64,000 nt of DNA from Octopus bimaculoides (GCF_001194135.2 NC_068981.1:89903460-89967459), one strand, 5' to 3'; shown: positions 51,753 to 63,747, counted from the first letter of the stretch. The notes: generated by a model from the sequence alone, not told the origin. A program made the numbers and translations.

Positions 51753-52331
51753 ATGCCCTGATGCAGTTTCAATGCCCTGATGCAGTACCAGGCAATGGCT
51801 CTCATGGTTTCTGATCTTAATTGATTGGAAGTGTTATCATGTGTACATTGTTTTGTCTTGGTATAAAAGATGGGCTACAGCAAATATTCTGCTTAATACC
51901 ACAGATTTGCTTGTCAGTTGTTTGACCTTAATCTGTTGAGCATGTCCCTTGGTGGCTTACGATATGTGCATCTCTGATCATGAGCAGAAGTAGTGGGGGT
52001 GCATCATAGTCATGTGTTGAGAGGAATTTTTGGGGGTTTGAATAATTCACTTTTGGAAACATGGGTGTTTTGCTCAACATCCTTAAACAAACCTTATTCA
52101 GGGACCTTTTGAGCGGGATGGACTACTCGACCTGAAGAAAATTCTAACTGGGACCTACCTGTGAGGTCATGCGCTGTTTATCTTCATATATGAGATCACC
52201 TTGTCGCGCACATATGGTTGTGATGCATGTGCCTAGTGTAACCTTATGAGACGGGTAGTCATGATGGGTATATTGGGCTTCGTATATTTTACCCCAGTGT
52301 CACTTTGATGGCATGCACTGCTCTCTCACTC
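51753..52331. mobile_element. About 579-bp non-coding element flanked by (AAT)n on both sides
   Basis: Sharp boundaries ATGCCCTGATGCAG... and ...GCACTGCTCTCTCACTC; higher GC than the surroundings; no long ORF; (AAT)n at 51601-51752 and 52332-52397. Confidence 0.6.
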
Positions 52332-52398
<67 letters not shown>

Positions 52399-53699
52399 TT
52401 GAGCACTCGTTCACACTTAAGTTATATGAATTCTCTACCGAATAATGTGTATCGTAATTTCTACTTTTATCTTAATCCTAACAGTAACTTTTGTTGATGT
52501 TATTTTATAGAATACATTATCTGATCAGTAGTTTCCTTACTCAAGAATGTAGAGTATCATTTGAGGGAAATTTGTTTCTTCTTCTAACAGGTCAAACAAC
52601 CGCATAGGTTACTTGACAGCACATTTACGCGAAAACAATTTTTTTAATTTATTTAATTACTATCACCTAAAATTTTTGTAGTAACTAACTGTAATATTTT
52701 GTTGGTAATAGCGGTAGTGGAGTTGCAGAAACATCGGTTTCTTTAATAAATGCTTTGCAGTTTATTTTATTTACTTTTTTTGTTACATCTAATTTCACAT
52801 CCAAACGAGGTCAAAGTTTTCTTTAATATATGATGAAATTAACTACTCGTACTCCATCGATGAAGTTGGCTACACACGTTCTCAGAATATTTTCGGCGTT
52901 GTGCCAAATTCAAAAATCAATATTTGCTATTATGAGTCATAGCTTTCTTATATTGTTTACTTGGATAATTCTTGTAGCAACAGTGAACTATTCATGTATG
53001 TATGTATGCATGTATGTATGTATGTATGCATGTAGATATGGATGGATGCATGCATGCATGGATGCCCACGACGACCGCATGTTAAATAGCTTTCTATGCA
53101 TAGTGCATCACGGATAAGCTCAAGACAGAGTGACAAAATCTGAGTAGCAAAGCCCACTTAGAAATTGGTCGAGAGTAAGCTGCCCTTAAAATGTTGGACT
53201 GAGTTGGACAAAGTTTGATCTTAATCCTAACAGTAAACTTTGTCTACTACAACTTGACATGTTTGCTTGTCCCAAAAACTGTGGTAAAATTAGATCCTCC
53301 GCACTTTTGGTTTTAGTGGAAATGAAACCATTGTCAGAAAGCTCATTAGCTAGTCAAAAAATCTATTTCTTGCCGGCACCTAGTTTGCTAATATGCAAGT
53401 ATATCCTATGACTACAGCATCTGCAAGAATTCCTGGGTGAAGCTAGCGTTGTATTCTTTCTTACAGTCTTATATAAAGCACAGGTGCAGGATGGACACCC
53501 GTAATGTAAGCAGGCACTCATAGTTCCATCTACAGGACAACAGTGGCAGCAGAACATGATTAGTGGGAAGTTTTACTAGACATCGACGGTAAGATGTTAT
53601 GAAGATTCTTCGGAGGTGCTTTTAGTTCTAATATTATGAATAATTTTACAAAACATTATGGTTTAGCAATGCTTCCGGGGAATACTATACTTCGTCAAA

Positions 53700-54285
53700 A
53701 GCTCTCGAATTCACTTGTCCCGGTTAGTTCTATAAGAGCAGCCAACAACTTGTTAAGGGTCTCACAAGGTCTCTTTCCACGATACTTAATATTCAAATAC
53801 CGATATCGAAATCCTCGCTGTCCCCAATAACGCAGTTTTCTGAACACGTTCTACCATCATGTCAATCCCAATTGTTCTAACAGATTTATCAAACCTGGTT
53901 GTTAATGCTCCCAAAGCTCCTACAATTATTGGGATGATAGTTACTTTCTTCATTGCCCACATTCGTACAATATCATCTTTTAGTGGCTTGTACTTCTCAA
54001 TATTTTCTTGATCCTATATCTACGTTCGAGCTCCTGATATTTTCCCTCTTCCAGATTTCATCATGTTTCTTTCCAGGATGTTGATACGTTTTTGTAGTTC
54101 CTTCATTGATTGTTTTATCCTTCTTTTCCATCGAGCTTCATTTTCTACATTTCCTCTTGTACGGTTCGGTGCAATACCTACTTTCCTTCCTATGTAGATG
54201 ACACAAGCTTTAATCAATCTATTTGTTCTAGTCTTAATTTCCTTCAGTATTTTATTCACCTTCCGAGTCCACCCAGTGAGCAAAA
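53700..54285 (-). mobile_element. R4/Dong-type LINE, internally deleted (pre-RT segment fused to the endonuclease C-terminus)
   Basis: KVNKILKEIKTRTNRLIKACVIYIGRKVG...RWKRRIKQSMKELQKRINILE lies next to ENIEKYKPLKDDIVRMWAMKKVTIIPIIVGALG...QKTALLGTARI. Confidence 0.78.
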
Positions 54286-54323
54286 TTTAATCCACTTTCT
54301 TGAATCTACTTACTTCCATATAC

Positions 54324-54531
54324 AGAGTGCTGGCAAATTCGTTAGCACGCCGAGTAAAATGCTTAGCGGCATTTCGTCCGTCTACACGTTCTGAGTTCAA
54401 ATTCCACCGGGGTCGACTTTTCCTTTCATTCTTTCGGATTCGATAAAATGAGCACCAGTTGAACACTGGGATCGATTTAATTGACTTAGCTCCCCCTTGA
54501 AACCTGTTGGCCTTGTGCCAAAATTTAAAAC

Positions 54532-54532
<1 letters not shown>
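54324..54532 (+). mobile_element. SINE family C
   Basis: GCTGGCAAATTCGTTAGCACGCCG...GGTCGACTTTTCCTTTCATTCTTTCGG...GGCCTTGTGCCAAAATTT. Confidence 0.85.
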
Positions 54533-54574
<42 letters not shown>

Positions 54575-54575
54575 T

Positions 54576-55470
54576 CGTAACACAGTGCAGGTAAAAATGC
54601 ACCGGAGTCTTTAGTCATCTGTCAAGTCACAAGGACCTCAGACAGATAATACTTTCCTTAGAATGTGCGCTGTGCACATCAATCTTGCATGGGATTTCCA
54701 GTTGCCTTAAGAAATTTTGAAGTTTCAATTGGATTGAGTCCAACGCTCCGATCACCATTTTTACATTACCCTCTCGCATTCCATACAGTCTTGCCATTTC
54801 CACTTCCAATTCGGAGTACTTGGTGAGTTTTTCAACTTCTTTACTCACAACATTCATGTCATTGGTATGGCTACATCAATGATCTGACAGTAGTTGTCTC
54901 TCTTATTCAATATGATAATATCCGGCCGACGGTGTTCGATTACACGATCCGTCTGAAAATCATAGTCCCAGAGTATCGTTACTTTTCCATCCTCTTGCAT
55001 AACTTTACTTGATACATGCTCATACCAGTTCTCTGTTACTTCATACTGGTATTTACGGCATAAGAGCCAATGAAGATACGCACTTTATCGTGGCGGCGCT
55101 TGAATTCTTTTTGTGCAAAGCTCTCACATCCACTTACCAAGTGGGTCACATTTTCCACACTCTTTCCACAAAGTCTGCATTTCTGGGTATCAGAAGTTTT
55201 ATAGATGCTATACTTCACTGAATTGGTAGCGAGAGTCTGGTCTTGTGCAGCAATGATCAGGCTTTCTTGTGTATTCCTTTCAAACTGTCCATGCATTCTC
55301 ATTTCAAGGTCTTCTTTTCTCTTCTCCTTGGTTAAACTCTTCCTTCACCATCATTTCATCTGCATTTATACCCATATCTTTCGCAGCATATTGCAGCAGG
55401 TCTTCATCTGGATTTTGTAGGGATTCACACCTCTGATTGCAATATATATCGGGTGCAGATTCCGTTGAAT
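54576..55470 (-). mobile_element. R4/Dong-type LINE 3' fragment with CCHC knuckle and restriction-like endonuclease, ending in (AAT)n
   Basis: MHGQF...ESLIIAAQDQTLATN...CRLCGKSVENVTHLVSGC...RRHDKV; ILWDYDFQTDRVIEHRRPDIII...IIDVAIP; KEVEKLTKYSELEVE; TAHILRKVLS; the 3' end abuts 54533-54574 (AAT)n on the minus strand. Confidence 0.88.
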
Positions 55471-55635
55471 AACCAGCTGGAGGAGGCATCCTCTTGGGAT
55501 TAAAAATAGCAGTAGCGTCGGTTCCTACAGAACAGCCATGTTTAAGTGGCAATAAATATTACTTCTCAGTATTGTTATTGATTTCATCTCTTACAGAGAG
55601 TTTCTGAATAGCTAATTTGCTTGTTATCTGTGTGC

Positions 55636-55672
<37 letters not shown>

Positions 55673-56578
55673 CTTGCGCGTGTGTGCGTGTGTGTGCGCG
55701 TGTGCTTGCATGTGTGTATGTGCGCGCGCACACAGAGAATCTATGTGTTTTTGCATGTGTGAAAGAGAAAGACAGGGGAGAGACAGAGAGACAGAGAGAC
55801 CATACATTCGATACTAGACGGATCTAGTTCAAAAACTATTATACGAACTGCTACATGCTGTTGCACAAAAAGAAATGAGAACATGTATGTATGTATGTAT
55901 GTATGTATGTATGTATGTATGCATGCGTGTATGTAGTGTGCCCGTACGTACATTTTCTTTGAGATCTCTAAAGTCGTTTGGTGAGTTGATGTCGGTCACT
56001 AGCAAAGCGACGTGGCTGTTTTGTTTGGGTTAAACAGTTGCAGGTGTTTGTGAATATGTGTTATTGTGTGTGCATGTGCAGCTATACTTCAAATTATATA
56101 ACATGTAAACAAGCTTTTTCAATGAACGAGTGTATATGTATGATTACAAATAGAGAATCTTTGTTGTTAAGCTTTACAGGTTTTCTCTCCAGTTGGTTCA
56201 ATTTGGAGGCTGCGAGTTAGTTTGCTTTGTTCATTTAAAAAACAAAAAACACGTCAGCTCTTCCAGTTTTTTTTTTTTTTTACTCATATCTACTTTCACA
56301 TCGCCCACTGCATCAATATTCATAGGTACGACTGGAAATTTGTAGCTAGGATTCGTGAGCTTCAGGCACAGCGTTAGTAATCTGCTTTCCTATAACTTTA
56401 GACGAGATATTCACATCCGACGGAGAGGCGACCGCCTACAACCTCTACAACAATGTGTTGAGTTCTATTACTCATTGCCTCTCACCAAGCATTCATCCTG
56501 CACCTCTTCTATTAATTTTCCCACATATTCCTTTTGCTTTTTCACTCTCTTTTTCTCTCTCTCTCTCCCTATACAAAC

Positions 56579-56622
<44 letters not shown>

Positions 56623-56861
56623 GTATATGTATATAGTTGTATATATATATAGTTCAAATTGAAAGGAAACAAAAGATGCACACAGGTGTAGGAACAACAA
56701 GCAGGTGTATTAGTTTAACGCTCGGGAAGCAGGTGTTTGTTTAAAGCTCTTCGACAGAAAGGATTAAGAGGGAAAAAAACCCAGAGAAAATGAAAAAACA
56801 AACGGAGAAAAAATGTGCAGCGTTCAACGGTCCAACATGACATATATATATTTGTAAATAT

Positions 56862-57022
56862 GCGCAGGCGTGGTCGTGTAGTAAGAAGCTTGCTTCCCAT
56901 CCACATAGTTCCAGGTTCAGTCCCACTGCGTAGCACTTTGGGCAAGTGTCTTCTACTATAGCCTTGGGCCGACCAAAGTGTTGTGAGTGGATTTGGTAGA
57001 CAGAAACAGAAAGAACCCTGTC

Positions 57023-57025
<3 letters not shown>
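56862..57025 (+). mobile_element. SINE family A 5' half; its internal (TA)n runs into an N-gap
   Basis: GCGCAGGCGTGG..GTGT.GTAAGAAGCTTGCTTCCCA.CCACAT...GGTTCAGTCCCACTGCG. Confidence 0.85.
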
Positions 57026-57062
<37 letters not shown>

Positions 57063-57393
57063 NNNNNNNNNNNNNNNNNNNNNNNNNNNNNNNNNNNNNN
57101 NNNNNNNNNNNNNNNNNNNNNNNNNNNNNNNNNNNNNNNNNNNNNNNNNNNNNNNNNNNNNNNNNNNNNNNNNNNNNNNNNNNNNNNNNNNNNNNNNNNN
57201 NNNNNNNNNNNNNNNNNNNNNNNNNNNNNNNNNNNNNNNNNNNNNNNNNNNNNNNNNNNNNNNNNNNNNNNNNNNNNNNNNNNNNNNNNNNNNNNNNNNN
57301 NNNNNNNNNNNNNNNNNNNNNNNNNNNNNNNNNNNNNNNNNNNNNNNNNNNNNNNNNNNNNNNNNNNNNNNNNNNNNNNNNNNNNNNNNNNNN

Positions 57394-57687
57394 ATGACTG
57401 ACCATGGGATTACACCTAGAAAGTTATCCTTCCAGGCACAAGTCCGGGCAAGGTTGTTTTTTGAAGACCAGCAGTTTGCCCATGCATACCGGCCTCCCCT
57501 CTGCACGCCACCAGTGTTATCCACGGGAAAGGCAAGGGTCGATACACTTTGGCACCTGTGACGTCGCAACTCATTTCTACATCTGAGTGAACTGAGCAAC
57601 GTGAAATAAAGTGTCTTGCTCAAGAACACAACACGTAGCCCGGTCGGGGATTCGAATTCACGCTCTAACCACTGAGCCATGCGCCTT
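57394..57687 (-). mobile_element. SINE family F with tail T3
   Basis: Head GCTCTAACCACTGAGCCATGCGCCT and GGGATTCGAA; core GAGCAACGTGAAATAAAGTGTCTTGCTCAAGAACACAAC; tail GGTTGTTT..GAAGACCAGCAG...CCCATGC. Confidence 0.75.
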
Positions 57688-57689
57688 CA

Positions 57690-57950
57690 CTTGTGGCACC
57701 TTAGGCAGGTGTTTACTTCGATATATGTATGTATGTATCTATGTATGTGCGTCGGTGATTGTCCCCCACCTCCGCTGCTTGACCAACCGGTGTTGGTGTG
57801 TTTATGTCCCCGTAACTTGACGGTTACGACAGAATAAGTACACGGCTTGAAAAATGTACTGTGATCGATACATTCTACTATAAATTTTTCAAGGCGGTGC
57901 CCCAGCATGGCCGCAGTCTGATGACTGGAACAAGTAAAAGATAAAAGATA
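57690..57950 (+). mobile_element. SINE family A, diverged and internally deleted
   Basis: GTGGCACCTTAGGCAGG...GTTTATGTCCCCGTAACTT...CAAGGCGGTGCCCCAGCATGGCCGCAGTC...AAGTAAAAGATAAAAG. Confidence 0.75.
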
Positions 57951-58737
57951 AAATAGATAGAAAGATAGATAGATAGATACATACATACATACATACATAC
58001 ATACATACATACATACATACATACATACATAGAGCGAGAGATAGAGAATGATAGGGCGATATCATTTTCATCTACGATTTCCTTACCGCCGATGTTATGG
58101 ACTTATATTTTCCAGAGATTAATGTGAATCTGTGTCTATATACAATAAAGTTAATGACTTAACTATAATTGGGCTATAGAAGCCACTTCAAACATCTCTA
58201 CTCTGCTTCCATGAGACTTTCAAGAAAATCAAATACTTCATGTAACAATACAATTCGGAAAGTATGCAAATAATAGGTAATTTCAAGCTTCCTTATGTGG
58301 ATTGGTTCACAAATTCTTTGAAGCTAACTAATTGCTTCTGAGCTCCCGACAAAAGCAGAAGTACAGACACTGTCTAAATTTATTGATAATTCTTGTGCGC
58401 GCACTAGCGTGCATATGTGTATGTGTGTGTGCGCAAGAAGAGAGAGAGACAGAGAGAGGGGCGGAGAGAGTGGGGAGAGAAAATTGACCTTTGAGCTAAA
58501 GCAGTACAACAAAAATATTTTCGACCTTGTGTTCAGAAACCACACACAAACTCTATCAATAGTTTCTCAGATGGAAAAGCATATCAGGCTAAAAGATATA
58601 GCACACTGTAATATTCCCAGCATTCCAGATGTAAAACAAGTACACCTACGCCAGTACATCCACATCCATCTGGAAATATGAATTTGCTCAAAGCAAACTG
58701 GAAGTCAATAATTGATAATTATCTATTATTATTATTA

Positions 58738-58799
<62 letters not shown>

Positions 58800-59549
58800 T
58801 ATCACTTGTATATTTGGTCTTTCACACACTTTTATTATTTTTTTTTCTTACATGAATGCGACTTGGCAGATGTTTGAAGATATAGTTATGAAATAATATA
58901 TGTCAACAAAAATTGGGAAGAGTAAAAAAGAATTCATCATTGGGAAAAATCAAAGAAGTTGTTTATTTATTTATTATTTATTTATTTATTTAGAGAATTA
59001 ATCAACTAGCGATTCATGCACGAATCTGAAAAAGCAAATCATCTTTAGGAGGGCAGGAAAGCTGTAATCATTTATCAAAAGAGCTAAAAGAACGACGACG
59101 CCTTAGATAATATTAAACACAGCCCAACATTTTTTACTCCTTTGCCAAAAACCAACAGGCCACTATTTCGCTCATTGATCTACTGATTATTGAAAACAGC
59201 AATCATTTTTCACAGAGAGAGGAGCTTGGGAGGGAGACTATCGATTCTGGAGAAACAATACAGCACCTCCTTTAGTTATTCCATTAGACATTGTTTTAGA
59301 CCGTCTCTGAGACGCAAACCCTTACATATCAACCCTGATACAACATCAGCACCAGACTTAAAAAGCATTTTTAAAAGATAAATAGTTAAATACATTTTGG
59401 GGGCAAATGGAAGGTGGCACTGCTGTGACTGAAAATTACTGCAAACGCCACCTGTATTTCTATGTTGTGTAAAGAATAAGCTACTTCTAAAATTAGTGAG
59501 GCCCTAATATCTCGATATGTTGATAATAACCTTTTCATTAAAACGATTC

Positions 59550-60068
59550 TTCGACTAAGCCTCTCCCCCGAAATTGCTGGCCTTGTGTCAAAATTTGAAA
59601 TCAATATTAAAGCAGTGAAACGGCGAGCTGACACAATCTTTAGCACACCGGACAAGATGCTTAGTGGTATTTTGTCCGGATTTACATCCCGAGTTCAAAT
59701 TCTGCCCAAGTCGACCTTACCTTTAATCCCTTCGGGATCGATACAATTAGTACTAGTAGAATACAAGGATCGATGTATCCGAATTAACCCTTTTCCCCAA
59801 AATTGCTGGCCTTGTGCCAAAATTTGAGACCAATATTACAGCCATGAAAAGGCGGTGAGCTAACAGAATCTTTACAACACCGAGCAAGTGCTTAGCGACA
59901 TTGCGTCCGTCTTTACGTTCTGAGTTCAAATTCTGCGAAGGTCGACTTTACCTTTAATCCCTTCGGAGTCGATAAAATAAGTACCAGTGGAGCACAGGGG
60001 TCGATGTAATCGACTTATCCCCTTCCCTGAAATTGCTGGCCTTGTAACAAAATTTGAAATCAGTATCA
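59550..60068 (+). mobile_element. Head-to-tail array of family-C SINEs (tail-only 59550-59607, copies at 59618-59837 and 59848-60068)
   Basis: The tail AAATTGCTGGCCTTGT..CAAAATTTGA occurs three times; two complete heads. Confidence 0.85.
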
Positions 60069-60520
60069 AAGCCATTTTAAAACAAACATAAATAGAACCT
60101 TCCAATTGATCATCTTTAAAATCTAAGTTTCGCACAGGTATTGCTGTAAAATATTGCAAGATATGTTTCAAAAACGAACACATCAGTTGCCAATTAAGAA
60201 GCAGAATATACTGTATAACCATGCAAAACGAAGGTACATAAATCTAGGAAGTTGCATAAGTGAGACAGGAATGTAACTGAAAGGTTCAATAATTTCAATG
60301 ATTATTGGAAAGCGTATATGGAACATATACATGTATGTATGCATGCATGCATTCATGTATGTATGTATGTACGTATGTATGTATATGCATTTTACTTTGT
60401 GTGTATAATTATACACAAATACACACATACACACATATATATGTGTAAAAATTCTCTTAGCGTTGTAAAGATTCTGTTAGCTCACCGCCTTTTCATGGGT
60501 GTAATATATATATATATATA

Positions 60521-60693
60521 TAGGCGTAGGAGTGGCTGTGTGGTAAGTAGCTTGCTTACCAACCACATGGTCCCGGGTTCAGTCCCACTGCGTGGCATCT
60601 TGGGCAAGTGTCTTCTACTATAGGCGTAGGAGTGGCTGTGTGGTAAGTAGCTTGCTTACCAACCACATGGTCCCGGGTTCAGTCCCACTGCGT
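60521..60693 (+). mobile_element. SINE family A head, perfectly duplicated (100-bp unit), next to an N-gap
   Basis: 60621-60693 is identical to 60521-60593. Confidence 0.85.
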
Positions 60694-61170
60694 NNNNNNN
60701 NNNNNNNNNNNNNNNNNNNNNNNNNNNNNNNNNNNNNNNNNNNNNNNNNNNNNNNNNNNNNNNNNNNNNNNNNNNNNNNNNNNNNNNNNNNNNNNNNNNN
60801 NNNNNNNNNNNNNNNNNNNNNNNNNNNNNNNNNNNNNNNNNNNNNNNNNNNNNNNNNNNNNNNNNNNNNNNNNNNNNNNNNNNNNNNNNNNNNNNNNNNN
60901 NNNNNNNNNNNNNNNNNNNNNNNNNNNNNNNNNNNNNNNNNNNNNNNNNNNNNNNNNNNNNNNNNNNNNNNNNNNNNNNNNNNNNNNNNNNNNNNNNNNN
61001 NNNNNNNNNNNNNNNNNNNNNNNNNNNNNNNNNNNNNNNNNNNNNNATATATACAGACATGCACATAAACATATATATACGTATGTATGTATATATATAT
61101 ATGTGGGGGGATTATTTAATTCTATCAAAAGATATATAAATATATATATAAACATACATACATACATACA

Positions 61171-61202
<32 letters not shown>

Positions 61203-62237
61203 ACAGCTAGATATACTAACTTAATATCAATCGAATATTAATCGACTTATAAATATTGACAGATATTTCAAACGTACTTTGACACAATTTATAAATACAT
61301 ATCGAACGATGTCTCCCAATGTTTAAAATCTGCTAATAAGAAAAATAAGAAACAAACATGAAATGAATAAAACAAACATATTAATAACAATTATACATAA
61401 AAAAATAATGATAATAATCTATATAAATGTCATACAGATTGAGACGGGAAATAAAAACTGAATCGAAAAATGAAAACAAAATTAACTATATACAGAATAC
61501 CCACAATTATGAGATGCATCAGTAAAAGGAATACAACCATTCACACACATAAGAGCATCTGAACAAAGCATAAAGGAATTACTTTTTACGTTAAAATTGA
61601 CAAGCTTAATGTGGAATATGGCTAAGAAAAGAATCAAGCAAAAGACAATATAGAAGAAAAGGAGGGAACGCGAAAAAGAAAAGCGCAAAAAGGAAGCATG
61701 ATGCTTATGAAAGGTTTCCACTTTACTAATTTCCAACAGATGTCGTGGAACTGTTTTAGTGACGAGGACGCAGAGGTGTGACGAAAGATTTTGGCATTAT
61801 GTAATAGACTGAATTTCACAAAGTAAGCGAATGTGAATCATTACAGGTTTAATGTTTTCTGAAATGATTCAAGTAATTCTTCCGATTCGTAAATTGATTC
61901 AGTTTGAACACAAGCTCTTACGTAAAGTTGCTTGCCAAACAAGTACAACTTTGAAATGCACGCGCGCGCACACAGACGCACATATAAACACACACACTCA
62001 TACACACACACACACACACACACATACACACACACAAGCACGCACATACATATAAGTATATATATGTTTGGGTGATTGTGTGTGTATGTATCATAAAGAA
62101 ATAGGGATGTGTACTCCGGGCAGGTATCTTAATAGCACTCTGATATAATCCATATCTGACTACCCACATCAAATAATATAGGGAATGCCTCACTCGATAG
62201 GTGTTTCATTCTCCATTCTTTATGGAGATTATATATT

Positions 62238-62460
62238 TTACTCTTTTACTTGTTTCAGTCATTTGACTGCGGCCATGCTGGAGCACCGCCTTTAGTCGAG
62301 CAAATCGACCCCAGGACTTATTCTTTGGAAGCCTAGTACTTATTCTATCGGTCTCTTTTGCCGAACCGCTAATTTACGGGGACGTAAACACACCACCATC
62401 GGTTGTCAAGCGATGTTGCGGGGACAAACACAGACACACAAACATACACACACACATACA
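62238..62460 (-). mobile_element. SINE family A 3' half
   Basis: TACTCTTTTACTTGTTTCAGTCATTTGACTGCGGCCATGCTGGAGC...GGGGACAAACACAGACAC. Confidence 0.9.
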
Positions 62461-63052
62461 TATATATATGTATACAAGAATAAGGGCAGGGAATCGTCAA
62501 TTAATAATAGAATTAATAATTAACAATTAACAAATATCGCCATCCGTTTTAGAGAAAAATTTGTAGTTTAGAATCAGTAGTTCTTTGACTGCTATTTCTN
62601 NNNNNNNNNNNNNNNNNNNNNNNNNNNNNNNNNNNNNNNNNNNNNNNNNNNNNNNNNNNNNNNNNNNNNNNNNNNNNNNNNNNNNNNNNNNNNNNNNNNN
62701 NNNNNNNNNNNNNNNNNNNNNNNNNNNNNNNNNNNNNNNNNNNNNNNNNNNNNNNNNNNNNNNNNNNNNNNNNNNNNNNNNNNNNNNNNNNNNNNNNNNN
62801 NNNNNNNNNNNNNNNNNNNNNNNNNNNNNNNNNNNNNNNNNNNNNNNNNNNNNNNNNNNNNNNNNNNNNNNNNNNNNNNNNNNNNNNNNNNNNNNNNNNN
62901 NNNNNNNNNNNNNNNNNNNNNNNNNNNNNNNNNNNNNNNNNNNNNNNNNNNNNNNNNNNNNNNNNNNNNNNNNNNNNNNNNNNNNNNNNNNNNNNNNNNN
63001 NNNNNNNNNNNNNNNNNNNNNNNNNNNNNNNNNNNNNNNNNNNNNNNNNNNN

Positions 63053-63110
<58 letters not shown>

Positions 63111-63139
63111 ACGTGCGTATATGCATAAATGCGCGTTTG

Positions 63140-63720
63140 AAGGGAAAGTGTTCAATACTGAAGTGCTTTCATGAGGGTGCCCTCTTATTGCTACACAGAT
63201 TTCACGATTCTTCGCTCATCAAGCATGACTAGTGAAGTTATGTCGAATAGCTGCTGTCGCGTGTGGGAAGGATCTGTCTGAGTCCATAGCGATGGTTGCC
63301 TCGCCGCCCTCCTTTAATTGGGCTGGCAAGGCAGTTTTCCTTTGACTGGTGGCAATGGCGAGAGAGGTTGTCTGGTGGACAAGGTTGACAGGATTGAGGA
63401 CAGAAACGTTCCTCCTTGGTAAAGACCTCATCGACATTTTCAAGTTTCATTTGAAAGGGAAAGTGTGGGTGGGAAGGGAGGTGCTGTTCTCGAGTGAATT
63501 TCTCAAAAGGTGAGTGAAAGATGCGAAAATGGCAAAAGGGAATGATACCACTGTGTGTGGACCTGTGAGTCGAAGGAAAGAAGCTGGAAAGGGTACTTGT
63601 CCTTGATATTCAGGGTCATTTTGGACGGTGGGGTTCCTCGATCATCCCTAGAGGTCCTCCTGTATCAGGAGGGCCCCATCATCATTCCATTTTTTTATTC
63701 TTAATGTTGCACACTATGTA
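63140..63720 (+). mobile_element. L1/Tx1-like LINE ORF2 C-terminus and 3'UTR, degenerate
   Basis: YVE*LLSRVGRI-LSESI...KAVFL*LVAMAREVVWWTRL...LIDIFKFHLKGKV...EFLKR* resembles the Tx1 C-terminal AK-IW-R motif; 10-bp GC-rich 3' hairpin at 63653-63675. Confidence 0.55.
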
Positions 63721-63747
63721 TTCTTCCCTTCTTTTAATGTATACTCT

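Noticed and set aside
51780-51845. HDV-like ribozyme at the start of the AAT-flanked element
   Set aside because: A GG and a P4-like hairpin are present, but there is no catalytic C/J4-2 and no P1/P2 partners were found
59110-59385. Possible PLE RT-thumb remnant (ISLIDLLII; APDLKSIFKR)
   Set aside because: Two short, out-of-frame resemblances only
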